NCBI GenBank assembly: GCA_002189035.1 | Contig: NEEC01000033.1 | Span: forward strand, 1 to 64,000 | DNA: 64,000 nt | Direction: 5' to 3' | Source: Utricularia gibba | Taxonomy: Eukaryota > Plantae > Magnoliophyta | Shown: positions 1 through 11,800 of the stretch, piece by piece | How the letters are laid out: each line of letters opens with the position of its first letter | How positions within the stretch are numbered: the first letter of the stretch is position 1 | Notes under the pieces: model-generated | What the model was told of the DNA's origin: nothing | The model's database searches: none | What the model saw: only the letters and a program-made list of their open reading frames with translations | Made by a program: the position numbers and the translations under genes

Positions 1-2812
1 ATTCGTGCTCCAAGTAGTATAATTTGGAGTTTCGTTTGTCCATAACTGTGGACATATTAAAAACAAACCACAACGAAAAGTGTCTTACGTGTCCTTCCTT
101 GGTGGCTGCGTTTAATATTGTGCTTCTCGTTCTCGAAATTGATGCAAACAAGATACACGGCAAAAGAATCAAATAGCCACTAGAGACATGGTGTATGGGA
201 ATGGTGCATCAAGAATCAGAAGTATCATGGCAACTAATTGAATCAATCAACAGCCAAAACATATGGTGTCAAACTTCATCGGATATGCGATCAAGATGGA
301 AAAAAGTCACATGTTACATCATGAATTTCGTGGCATCACTTATCCCAACACTATTATACTCCAGGTACGCAAAAATGTTTACTTTTAACGAATCCAGTGC
401 ACGTGTGATTTTTAGGCTGCACCCGAATGGTGATGCGCAATGAAATGACTAGGTCGCACATCCTGGTCCACGAAGCACCTCTTCCAAAACATGCAGATCC
501 TAACTCTTCATAGCACACCATTGGGAAGCCCTATTCGAGCTCCAAGTAGTATAATTTGGAGTTCGTTTGTCCCATAACTGTGGACATATTAAAACAAACC
601 ACAACGAAAAGTGTCTTACGTGTCCTTCCTTGGTGGCTGCGTTTAATATTGTGCTTCTCGTTCTCGAAATTGATGCAAACAAGATACACGGCAAAAGAAT
701 CAAATAGCCACTAGAGACATGGTGTATGGGAATGGTGCATCAAGAATCAGAAGTATCATGGCAACTAATTGCATCAATCAACAGCCAAAACATATGGTGT
801 CAAACTTCATCGATATGCGATCAAGATGGAAAAAAGTCACATGTTACATCATGAATTTCGTGGCATCACTTATCCCAACACTATTATACTCCAGGTACGC
901 AAAAATGTTTACTTTTAACGAATCCAGTGCACGTGTGATTTTTAGGCTGCACCCCGAATGGTGATGCGCAATGAAATGACTAGTCGCACATCCTGGTCTA
1001 CGAAGCACCTCTTCCAAAACATGCAGATCCTAACTCTTCATAGCACACCATTGGGAAGCCCGATTCGAGCTCCAAGTAGTATAATTTGGAGTTTCGTTTG
1101 TCCGATAACTGTGGACATATTAAAAACAAACCACAACGAAAAGTGTCTTACGTGTCCTTCCTTGGTGGCTGCGTTTAAATATTGTGCTTCTCGTTCTCGA
1201 AATTGATGCAAACAAGATACACGGCAAAAGAATCAAATAGCCACTAGAGACATGGTGTATGGGAATGGTGCATCAAGAATCAGAAGTATCATGGCAACTA
1301 ATTGCATCAATCAACAGCCAAAACATATGGTGTCAAACTTCATCGGATATGCGATCAAGATGGAAAAAAGTCACATGTTACATCATGAATTTCGTGGCAT
1401 CACTTATCCCAACACTATTATACTCCAGGTACGCAAAAATGTTTACTTTTAACGAATCCAGTGCACGTGTGATTTTTAGGCTGCACCCCGAATGGTGATG
1501 CGCAATGAAATGACTATGTCGCACATCCTGGTCCACGAAGCAAAATGCCACACTTGCTCAAGAAGCAAATTGGGTGTTTTTAATAAAAATTTGCATTTTC
1601 GTGTCGAGTGTCCAACGATAACTTGGACATATTAAAAACAAACCACAACGAAAAGTGTCTTACGTGTCCTTCCTTGGTGGCTGCGTTTAATATTGTGCTT
1701 CTCGTTCGAAATTGATGCAAACAAGATACACGGCAAAAATCAAATAGCCACTAGAGACATGGTGTATGGGAATGGTGCATCAAGAATCAGAAGTATCATG
1801 GCAACTAATTGAATCAATCAACAGCCAAAACATATGGTGTCAAACTTCATCGGATATGCGATCAAGATGGAAAAAAGTCACATGTTACATCATGAATTTC
1901 GTGGCATCACTTATCCCAACACTATTATACTCCAGGTACGCAAAAATGTTTACTTTTAACGAATCCAGTGCACGTGTGATTTTTAGGCTGCACCCCGAAT
2001 GGTGATGCGCAATGAAATGACTAGGTCGCACATCCTGGTCCACGAAGCACCTCTTCCAAAACATGCAGATGCTAACTCTTCATAGCACACCATTGGGAAG
2101 CCCGATTCGAGCTCCAAGTAGTATAATTTGGAGTTACGTTTGTCCATAACTGTGGACATATTAAAAACAAACCACAACGAAAAGTGTCTTACGTGTCCTT
2201 CCTTGGTGGCTGCGTTTAATATTGTGCTTCTCGTTCTCGAAATTGATGCAAAAGATACACGGCAAAAGAATCAAATAGCCACTAGAGACATGGTGTATGG
2301 GAATGGTGCATCAAGAATCAGAAGTATCATAGCAACTAATTGCATCAATCAACAGCCAAAACATATGGTGTCAAACTTCATCGGATATGCGATCAAGATG
2401 GAAAAAAGTCACATGTTACATCATGAATTTCGTGGCATCACTTATCCCAACACTATTATACTCCAGGTACGCAAAAATGTTTACTTTTAACGAATCCAGT
2501 GCACGTGTGATTTTTAGGCTGCACCCCGAATGGTGATGCGCAATGAAATGACTAGGTCGCACATCCTGGTCCACGAAGCACCTCTTCCAAAACATGCAGA
2601 TCCTAACTCTTCATAGCACACCATTGGGAAGCCCGATTCGAGCTCCAAGTAGTATAATTTGGAGTTTCGTTTGTCCGATAACTGTGGACATATTAAAAAC
2701 AAACCACAACGAAAAGTGTCTTACGTGTCCTTCCTTGGTGGCTGCGTTTAATATTGTGCTTCTCGTTCTCGAAATTGATGCAAACAAGATACACGGCAAA
2801 AGAATCAAATAG
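1..2812 (+). repeat. Mosaic A/B monomers at the left edge
   Basis: The background is mostly A, with scattered B alleles: TTCGTGCTC at 2-10, CCCTATT near 530, TGCATC in the units at 708, 1241 and 2279, ACTATG near 1515, and GATGCT plus GTTACG in the unit at 1748. Confidence 0.85.
1543..1618. other. Short garbled segment replacing about 105 nt of one monomer
   Basis: The match to the monomer stops after CCACGAAGCA (1542) and resumes near GATAACT (about 1617). This period is 507 bp instead of 534. Confidence 0.8.
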
Positions 2813-5800
2813 CCACTAGAGACATGGTGTATGGGAATGGTGCATCAAGAATCAGAAGTATCATGGCAACTAATTGAATCAATCAACAGCCAAAACATAT
2901 GGTGTCAAACTTCATCGGATATGCGATCAAGATGGAAAAAAGTCACATGTTACATCATGAATTTCGTGGCATCACTTATCCCAACACTATTATACTCCAG
3001 GTACGCAAAAATGTTTACTTTTAACGAATCCAGTGCACGTGTGATTTTTAGGCTGCACCCCGAATGGTGATGCGCAATGAAATGACTAGGTCGCACATCC
3101 TGGTCCACGAAGCACCTCTTCCAAAACATGCAGATCCTAACTCTTCATAGCACACCATTGGGAAGCCCGATTCGAGCTCCAAGTAGTATAATTTGGAGTT
3201 TCGTTTGTCCGATAACTGTGGACATATTAAAAACAAACCACAACGAAAAGTGTCTTACGTGTCCTTCCTTGGTGGCTGCGTTTAATATTGTGCTTCTCGT
3301 TCTCGAAATTGATGCAAACAAGATACACGGCAAAAGAATCAAATAGCCACTAGAGACATGTGTATGGGAATGGTGCATCAAGAATCAGAAGTATCATAGC
3401 AACTAATTGAATCAATCAACAGCCAAAACATATGGTGTCAAACTTCATCGGATATGCGATCAAGATGGAAAAAAGTCACATGTTACATCATGAATTTCGT
3501 GGCATCACTTATCCCAACACTATTATACTCCAGGTACGCAAAAATGTTTACTTTTAACGAATCCAGTGCACGTGTGATTTTTAGGCTGCACCCCGAATGG
3601 TGATGCGCAATGAAATGACTAGGTCGCACATCCTGGTCCACGAAGCACCTCTTCCAAAACATGCAGATCCTAACTCTTCATAGCACACCATTGGGAAGCC
3701 CGATTCGAGCTCCAAGTAGTATAATTTGGAGTTTCGTTTGTCCGATAACTGTGGACATATTAAAAACAAACCACAACGAAAAGTGTCTTACGTGTCCTTC
3801 CTTGGTGGCTGCGTTTAATATTGTGCTTCTCGTTCTCGAAATTGATGCAAACAAGATACACGGCAAAAGAATCAAATAGCCACTAGAGACATGGTGTATG
3901 GGAATGGTGCATCAAGAATCAGAAGTATCATGGCAACTAATTGAATCAATCAACAGCCAAAACATATGGTGTCAAACTTCATCGGATATGCGATCAAGAT
4001 GGAAAAAAGTCACATGTTACATCATGAATTTCGTGGCATCACTTATCCCAACACTATTATACTCCAGGTACGCAAAAATGTTTACTTTTAACGAATCCAG
4101 TGCACGTGTGATTTTTAGGCTGCACCCCGAATGGTGATGCGCAATGAAATGACTAGGTCGCACATCCTGGTCCACGAAGCACCTCTTCCAAAACATGCAG
4201 ATCCTAACTCTTCATAGCACACCATTGGGAAGCCCGATTCGAGCTCCAAGTAGTATAATTTGGAGTTTCGTTTGTCCGATAACTGTGGACATATTAAAAA
4301 CAAACCACAACGAAAAGTGTCTTACGTGTCCTTCCTTGGTGGCTGCGTTTAATATTGTGCTTCTCGTTCTCGAAATTGATGCAAACAAGATACACGGCAA
4401 AAGAATCAAATAGCCACTAGAGACATGGTGTATGGGAATGGTGCATCAAGAATCAGAAGTATCATGCAACTAATTGAATCAATCAACAGCCAAAACATAT
4501 GGTGTCAAACTTCATCGGATATGCGATCAAGATGGAAAAAAGTCACATGTTACATCATGAATTTCGTGGCATCACTTATCCCAACACTATTATACTCCAG
4601 GTACGCAAAAATGTTTACTTTTAACGAATCCAGTGCACGTGTGATTTTTAGGCTGCACCCCGAATGGTGATGCGCAATGAAATGACTAGGTCGCACATCC
4701 TGGTCCACGAAGCACCTCTTCCAAAACATGCAGATCCTAACTCTTCATAGCACACCATTGGGAAGCCCGATTCGAGCTCCAAGTAGTATAATTTGGAGTT
4801 TCGTTTGTCCGATAACTGTGGACATATTAAAAACAAACCACAACGAAAAGTGTCTTACGTGTCCTTCCTTGGTGGCTGCGTTTAATATTGTGCTTCTCGT
4901 TCTCGAAATTGATGCAAACAAGATACACGGCAAAAGAATCAAATAGCCACTAGAGACATGGTGTATGGGAATGGTGCATCAAGAATCAGAAGTATCATGG
5001 CAACTAATTGAATCAATCAACAGCCAAAACATATGGTGTCAAACTTCATCGGATATGCGATCAAGATGGAAAAAAGTCACATGTTACATCATGAATTTCG
5101 TGGCATCACTTATCCCAACACTATTATACTCCAGGTACGCAAAAATGTTTACTTTTAACGAATCCAGTGCACGTGTGATTTTTAGGCTGCACCCCGAATG
5201 GTGATGCGCAATGAAATGACTAGGTCGCACATCCTGGTCCACGAAGCACCTCTTCCAAAACATGCAGATCCTAACTCTTCATAGCACACCATTGGGAAGC
5301 CCGATTCGAGCTCCAAGTAGTATAATTTGGAGTTTCGTTTGTCCGATAACTGTGGACATATTAAAAACAAACCACAACGAAAAGTGTCTTACGTGTCCTT
5401 CCTTGGTGGCTGCGTTTAATATTGTGCTTCTCGTTCTCGAAATTGATGCAAACAAGATACACGGCAAAAGAATCAAATAGCCACTAGAGACATGGTGTAT
5501 GGGAATGGTGCATCAAGAATCAGAAGTATCATGGCAACTAATTGAATCAATCAACAGCCAAAACATATGGTGTCAAACTTCATCGGATATGCGATCAAGA
5601 TGGAAAAAAGTCACATGTTACATCATGAATTTCGTGGCATCACTTATCCCAACACTATTATACTCCAGGTACGCAAAAATGTTTACTTTTAACGAATCCA
5701 GTGCACGTGTGATTTTTAGGCTGCACCCCGAATGGTGATGCGCAATGAAATGACTAGGTCGCACATCCTGGTCCACGAAGCACCTCTTCCAAAACATGCA

Positions 5801-8800
5801 GATCCTAACTCTTCATAGCACACCATTGGGAAGCCCGATTCGAGCTCCAAGTAGTATAATTTGGAGTTTCGTTTGTCCGATAACTGTGGACATATTAAAA
5901 ACAAACCACAACGAAAAGTGTCTTACGTGTCCTTCCTTGGTGGCTGCGTTTAATATTGTGCTTCTCGTTCTCGAAATTGATGCAAACAAGATACACGGCA
6001 AAAGAATCAAATAGCCACTAGAGACATGGTGTATGGGAATGGTGCATCAAGAATCAGAAGTATCATGGCAACTAATTGAATCAATCAACAGCCAAAACAT
6101 ATGGTGTCAAACTTCATCGGATATGCGATCAAGATGGAAAAAAGTCACATGTTACATCATGAATTTCGTGGCATCACTTATCCCAACACTATTATACTCC
6201 AGGTACGCAAAAATGTTTACTTTTAACGAATCCAGTGCACGTGTGATTTTTAGGCTGCACCCCGAATGGTGATGCGCAATGAAATGACTAGGTCGCACAT
6301 CCTGGTCCACGAAGCACCTCTTCCAAAACATGCAGATCCTAACTCTTCATAGCACACCATTGGGAAGCCCGATTCGAGCTCCAAGTAGTATAATTTGGAG
6401 TTTCGTTTGTCCGATAACTGTGGACATATTAAAAACAAACCACAACGAAAAGTGTCTTACGTGTCCTTCCTTGGTGGCTGCGTTTAATATTGTGCTTCTC
6501 GTTCTCGAAATTGATGCAACAAGATACACGGCAAAAGAATCAAATAGCCACTAGAGACATGGTGTATGGGAATGGTGCATCAAGAATCAGAAGTATCATG
6601 GCAACTAATTGAATCAATCAACAGCCAAAACATATGGTGTCAAACTTCATCGGATATGCGATCAAGATGGAAAAAAGTCACATGTTACATCATGAATTTC
6701 GTGGCATCACTTATCCCAACACTATTATACTCCAGGTACGCAAAAATGTTTACTTTTAACGAATCCAGTGCACGTGTGATTTTTAGGCTGCACCCCGAAT
6801 GGTGATGCGCAATGAAATGACTATGTCGCACATCCTGGTCCACGAAGCACCTCTTCCAAAACATGCAGATCCTAACTCTTCATAGCACACCATTGGGAAG
6901 CCCGATTCGAGCTCCAAGTAGTATAATTTGGAGTTTCGTTTGTCCGATAACTGTGGACATATTAAAAACAAACCACAACGAAAAGTGTCTTACGTGTCCT
7001 TCCTTGGTGGCTGCGTTTAATATTGTGCTTCTCGTTCTCGAAATTGATGCAAACAAGATACACGGCAAAAGAATCAAATAGCCACTAGAGACATGGTGTA
7101 TGGGAATGGTGCATCAAGAATCAGAAGTATCATGCAACTAATTGAATCAATCAACAGCCAAAACATATGGTGTCAAACTTCATCGGATATGCGATCAAGA
7201 TGGAAAAAAGTCACATGTTACATCATGAATTTCGTGGCATCACTTATCCCAACACTATTATACTCCAGGTACGCAAAAATGTTTACTTTTAACGAATCCA
7301 GTGCACGTGTGATTTTTAGGCTGCACCCCGAATGGTGATGCGCAATGAAATGACTAGGTCGCACATCCTGGTCCACGAAGCACCTCTTCCAAAACATGCA
7401 GATCCTAACTCTTCATAGCACACCATTGGGAAGCCCGATTCGAGCTCCAAGTAGTATAATTTGGAGTTTCGTTTGTCCGATAACTGTGGACATATTAAAA
7501 ACAAACCACAACGAAAAGTGTCTTACGTGTCCTTCCTTGGTGGCTGCGTTTAATATTGTGCTTCTCGTTCTCGAAATTGATGCAAACAAGATACACGGCA
7601 AAAGAATCAAATAGCCACTAGAGACATGGTGTATGGGAATGGTGCATCAAGAATCAGAAGTATCATGGCAACTAATTGAATCAATCAACAGCCAAAACAT
7701 ATGGTGTCAAACTTCATCGGATATGCGATCAAGATGGAAAAAAGTCACATGTTACATCATGAATTTCGTGGCATCACTTATCCCAACACTATTATACTCC
7801 AGGTACGCAAAAATGTTTACTTTTAACGAATCCAGTGCACGTGTGATTTTTAGGCTGCACCCCGAATGGTGATGCGCAATGAAATGACTAGGTCGCACAT
7901 CCTGGTCCACGAAGCACCTCTTCCAAAACATGCAGATCCTAACTCTTCATAGCACACCATTGGGAAGCCCGATTCGAGCTCCAAGTAGTATAATTTGGAG
8001 TTTCGTTTGTCCGATAACTGTGGACATATTAAAAACAAACCACAACGAAAAGTGTCTTACGTGTCCTTCCTTGGTGGCTGCGTTTAATATTGTGCTTCTC
8101 GTTCTCGAAATTGATGCAAACAAGATACACGGCAAAAGAATCAAATAGCCACTAGAGACATGGTGTATGGGAATGGTGCATCAAGAATCAGAAGTATCAT
8201 GCAACTAATTGAATCAATCAACAGCCAAAACATATGGTGTCAAACTTCATCGGATATGCGATCAAGATGGAAAAAAGTCACATGTTACATCATGAATTTC
8301 GTGGCATCACTTATCCCAACACTATTATACTCCAGGTACGCAAAAATGTTTACTTTTAACGAATCCAGTGCACGTGTGATTTTTAGGCTGCACCCCGAAT
8401 GGTGATGCGCAATGAAATGACTAGTCGCACATCCTGGTCCACGAAGCACCTCTTCCAAAACATGCAGATCCTAACTCTTCATAGCACACCATTGGGAAGC
8501 CCGATTCGAGCTCCAAGTAGTATAATTTGGAGTTTCGTTTGTCCGATAACTGTGGACATATTAAAAACAAACCACAACGAAAAGTGTCTTACGTGTCCTT
8601 CCTTGGTGGCTGCGTTTAATATTGTGCTTCTCGTTCTCGAAATTGATGCAAACAAGATACACGGCAAAAGAATCAAATAGCCACTAGAGACATGGTGTAT
8701 GGGAATGGTGCATCAAGAATCAGAAGTATCATGGCAACTAATTGAATCAATCAACAGCCAAAACATATGGTGTCAAACTTCATCGGATATGCGATCAAGA

Positions 8801-11800
8801 TGGAAAAAAGTCACATGTTACATCATGAATTTCGTGGCATCACTTATCCCAACACTATTATACTCCAGGTACGCAAAAATGTTTACTTTTAACGAATCCA
8901 GTGCACGTGTGATTTTTAGGCTGCACCCCGAATGGTGATGCGCAATGAAATGACTAGGTCGCACATCCTGGTCCACGAAGCACCTCTTCCAAAACATGCA
9001 GATCCTAACTCTTCATAGCACACCATTGGGAAGCCCGATTCGAGCTCCAAGTAGTATAATTTGGAGTTTCGTTTGTCCGATAACTGTGGACATATTAAAA
9101 ACAAACCACAACGAAAAGTGTCTTACGTGTCCTTCCTTGGTGGCTGCGTTTAATATTGTGCTTCTCGTTCTCGAAATTGATGCAAACAAGATACACGGCA
9201 AAAGAATCAAATAGCCACTAGAGACATGGTGTATGGGAATGGTGCATCAAGAATCAGAAGTATCATGGCAACTAATTGAATCAATCAACAGCCAAAACAT
9301 ATGGTGTCAAACTTCATCGGATATGCGATCAAGATGGAAAAAAGTCACATGTTACATCATGAATTTCGTGGCATCACTTATCCCAACACTATTATACTCC
9401 AGGTACGCAAAAATGTTTACTTTTAACGAATCCAGTGCACGTGTGATTTTTAGGCTGCACCCCGAATGGTGATGCGCAATGAAATGACTAGGTCGCACAT
9501 CCTGGTCCACGAAGCACCTCTTCCAAAACATGCAGATCCTAACTCTTCATAGCACACCATTGGGAAGCCCGATTCGAGCTCCAAGTAGTATAATTTGGAG
9601 TTTCGTTTGTCCGATAACTGTGGACATATTAAAAACAAACCACAACGAAAAGTGTCTTACGTGTCCTTCCTTGGTGGCTGCGTTTAATATTGTGCTTCTC
9701 GTTCTCGAAATTGATGCAAAAGATACACGGCAAAAGAATCAAATAGCCACTAGAGACATGGTGTATGGGAATGGTGCATCAAGAATCAGAAGTATCATGG
9801 CAACTAATTGAATCAATCAACAGCCAAAACATATGGTGTCAAACTTCATCGGATATGCGATCAAGATGGAAAAAAGTCACATGTTACATCATGAATTTCG
9901 TGGCATCACTTATCCCAACACTATTATACTCCAGGTACGCAAAAATGTTTACTTTTAACGAATCCAGTGCACGTGTGATTTTTAGGCTGCACCCCGAATG
10001 GTGATGCGCAATGAAATGACTAGGTCGCACATCCTGGTCCACGAAGCACCTCTTCCAAAACATGCAGATCCTAACTCTTCATAGCACACCATTGGGAAGC
10101 CCGATTCGAGCTCCAAGTAGTATAATTTGGAGTTTCGTTTGTCCGATAACTGTGGACATATTAAAAACAAACCACAACGAAAAGTGTCTTACGTGTCCTT
10201 CCTTGGTGGCTGCGTTTAATATTGTGCTTCTCGTTCTCGAAATTGATGCAAACAAGATACACGGCAAAAGAATCAAATAGCCACTAGAGACATGGTGTAT
10301 GGGAATGGTGCATCAAGAATCAGAAGTATCATGGCAACTAATTGAATCAATCAACAGCCAAAACATATGGTGTCAAACTTCATCGGATATGCGATCAAGA
10401 TGGAAAAAAGTCACATGTTACATCATGAATTTCGTGGCATCACTTATCCCAACACTATTATACTCCAGGTACGCAAAAATGTTTACTTTTAACGAATCCA
10501 GTGCACGTGTGATTTTTAGGCTGCACCCCGAATGGTGATGCGCAATGAAATGACTAGGTCGCACATCCTGGTCCACGAAGCACCTCTTCCAAAACATGCA
10601 GATCCTAACTCTTCATAGCACACCATTGGGAAGCCCGATTCGAGCTCCAAGTAGTATAATTTGGAGTTTCGTTTGTCCGATAACTGTGGACATATTAAAA
10701 ACAAACCACAACGAAAAGTGTCTTACGTGTCCTTCCTTGGTGGCTGCGTTTAATATTGTGCTTCTCGTTCTCGAAATTGATGCAAACAAGATACACGGCA
10801 AAAGAATCAAATAGCCACTAGAGACATGGTGTATGGGAATGGTGCATCAAGAATCAGAAGTATCATGGCAACTAATTGAATCAATCAACAGCCAAAACAT
10901 ATGGTGTCAAACTTCATCGGATATGCGATCAAGATGGAAAAAAGTCACATGTTACATCATGAATTTCGTGGCATCACTTATCCCAACACTATTATACTCC
11001 AGGTACGCAAAAATGTTTACTTTTAACGAATCCAGTGCACGTGTGATTTTTAGGCTGCACCCCGAATGGTGATGCGCAATGAAATGACTAGGTCGCACAT
11101 CCTGGTCCACGAAGCACCTCTTCCAAAACATGCAGATCCTAACTCTTCATAGCACACCATTGGGAAGCCCGATTCGAGCTCCAAGTAGTATAATTTGGAG
11201 TTTCGTTTGTCCGATAACTGTGGACATATTAAAAACAAACCACAACGAAAAGTGTCTTACGTGTCCTTCCTTGGTGGCTGCGTTTAATATTGTGCTTCTC
11301 GTTCTCGAAATTGATGCAAACAAGATACACGGCAAAAGAATCAAATAGCCACTAGAGACATGGTGTATGGGAATGGTGCATCAAGAATCAGAAGTATCAT
11401 GGCAACTAATTGAATCAATCAACAGCCAAAACATATGGTGTCAAACTTCATCGGATATGCGATCAAGATGGAAAAAAGTCACATGTTACATCATGAATTT
11501 CGTGGCATCACTTATCCCAACACTATTATACTCCAGGTACGCAAAAATGTTTACTTTTAACGAATCCAGTGCACGTGTGATTTTTAGGCTGCACCCCGAA
11601 TGGTGATGCGCAATGAAATGACTAGGTCGCACATCCTGGTCCACGAAGCACCTCTTCCAAAACATGCAGATCCTAACTCTTCATAGCACACCATTGGGAA
11701 GCCCGATTCGAGCTCCAAGTAGTATAATTTGGAGTTTCGTTTGTCCGATAACTGTGGACATATTAAAAACAAACCACAACGAAAAGTGTCTTACGTGTCC

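Noticed and set aside
5049-5070. 5S rRNA gene (GGATATGCGATCA resembles the plant 5S start GGATGCGATCA), and 534 bp is a plausible 5S repeat length
   Set aside because: The similarity ends after about 11 nt. The internal control region and the rest of the 120-nt gene are not present on either strand.
5215-5230. Helitron 3' end (CTAG) as the origin of the monomer
   Set aside because: The CTAG words lack the GC-rich hairpin about 10-15 nt upstream, and this one is absent in subfamily B.
5281-5315. tRNA/SINE-like A and B boxes (TAGCACACCATTGG ... GATTCGAGCTCC)
   Set aside because: The boxes are poor matches and only about 8 nt apart, there is no cloverleaf, and the B-box-like word is altered in subfamily B.
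5311-5357. Adjacent small hairpins (CTCCAA-10nt-TTGGAG; TGTCC-9nt-GGACA) and a TATAAT hexamer as a terminator, promoter or origin
   Set aside because: Stems of 5-6 bp are expected by chance. There is no poly-T tail, no -35 or extended -10 element, and no downstream gene.
4921-5454. 534 = 3 x 178, suggesting a trimer of CEN178-like monomers
   Set aside because: The three 178-bp thirds show no in-register similarity by eye. The short internal echoes (CCAAAACAT twice, ACGTGT...GGCTGC twice) are about 220-230 bp apart, not 178. A self dot-plot would settle it.
4947-5480. Concatemer of a viroid-like or zetavirus-like circular RNA (length divisible by 3, nearly open frame)
   Set aside because: There is no CTGANGA...GAAA hammerhead core with a plausible stem II on either strand (the minus-strand CCGATGA has no following GAAA). 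There is no evident rod-like self-complementarity, and the frames contain stops. Folding plus an Infernal/Rfam scan would be the formal test.
4947-5480. CENP-B box or telomeric repeats indicating chromosomal position
   Set aside because: I found no TTCG-N4-A-N2-CGGG match on either strand and no telomere-type short repeats.
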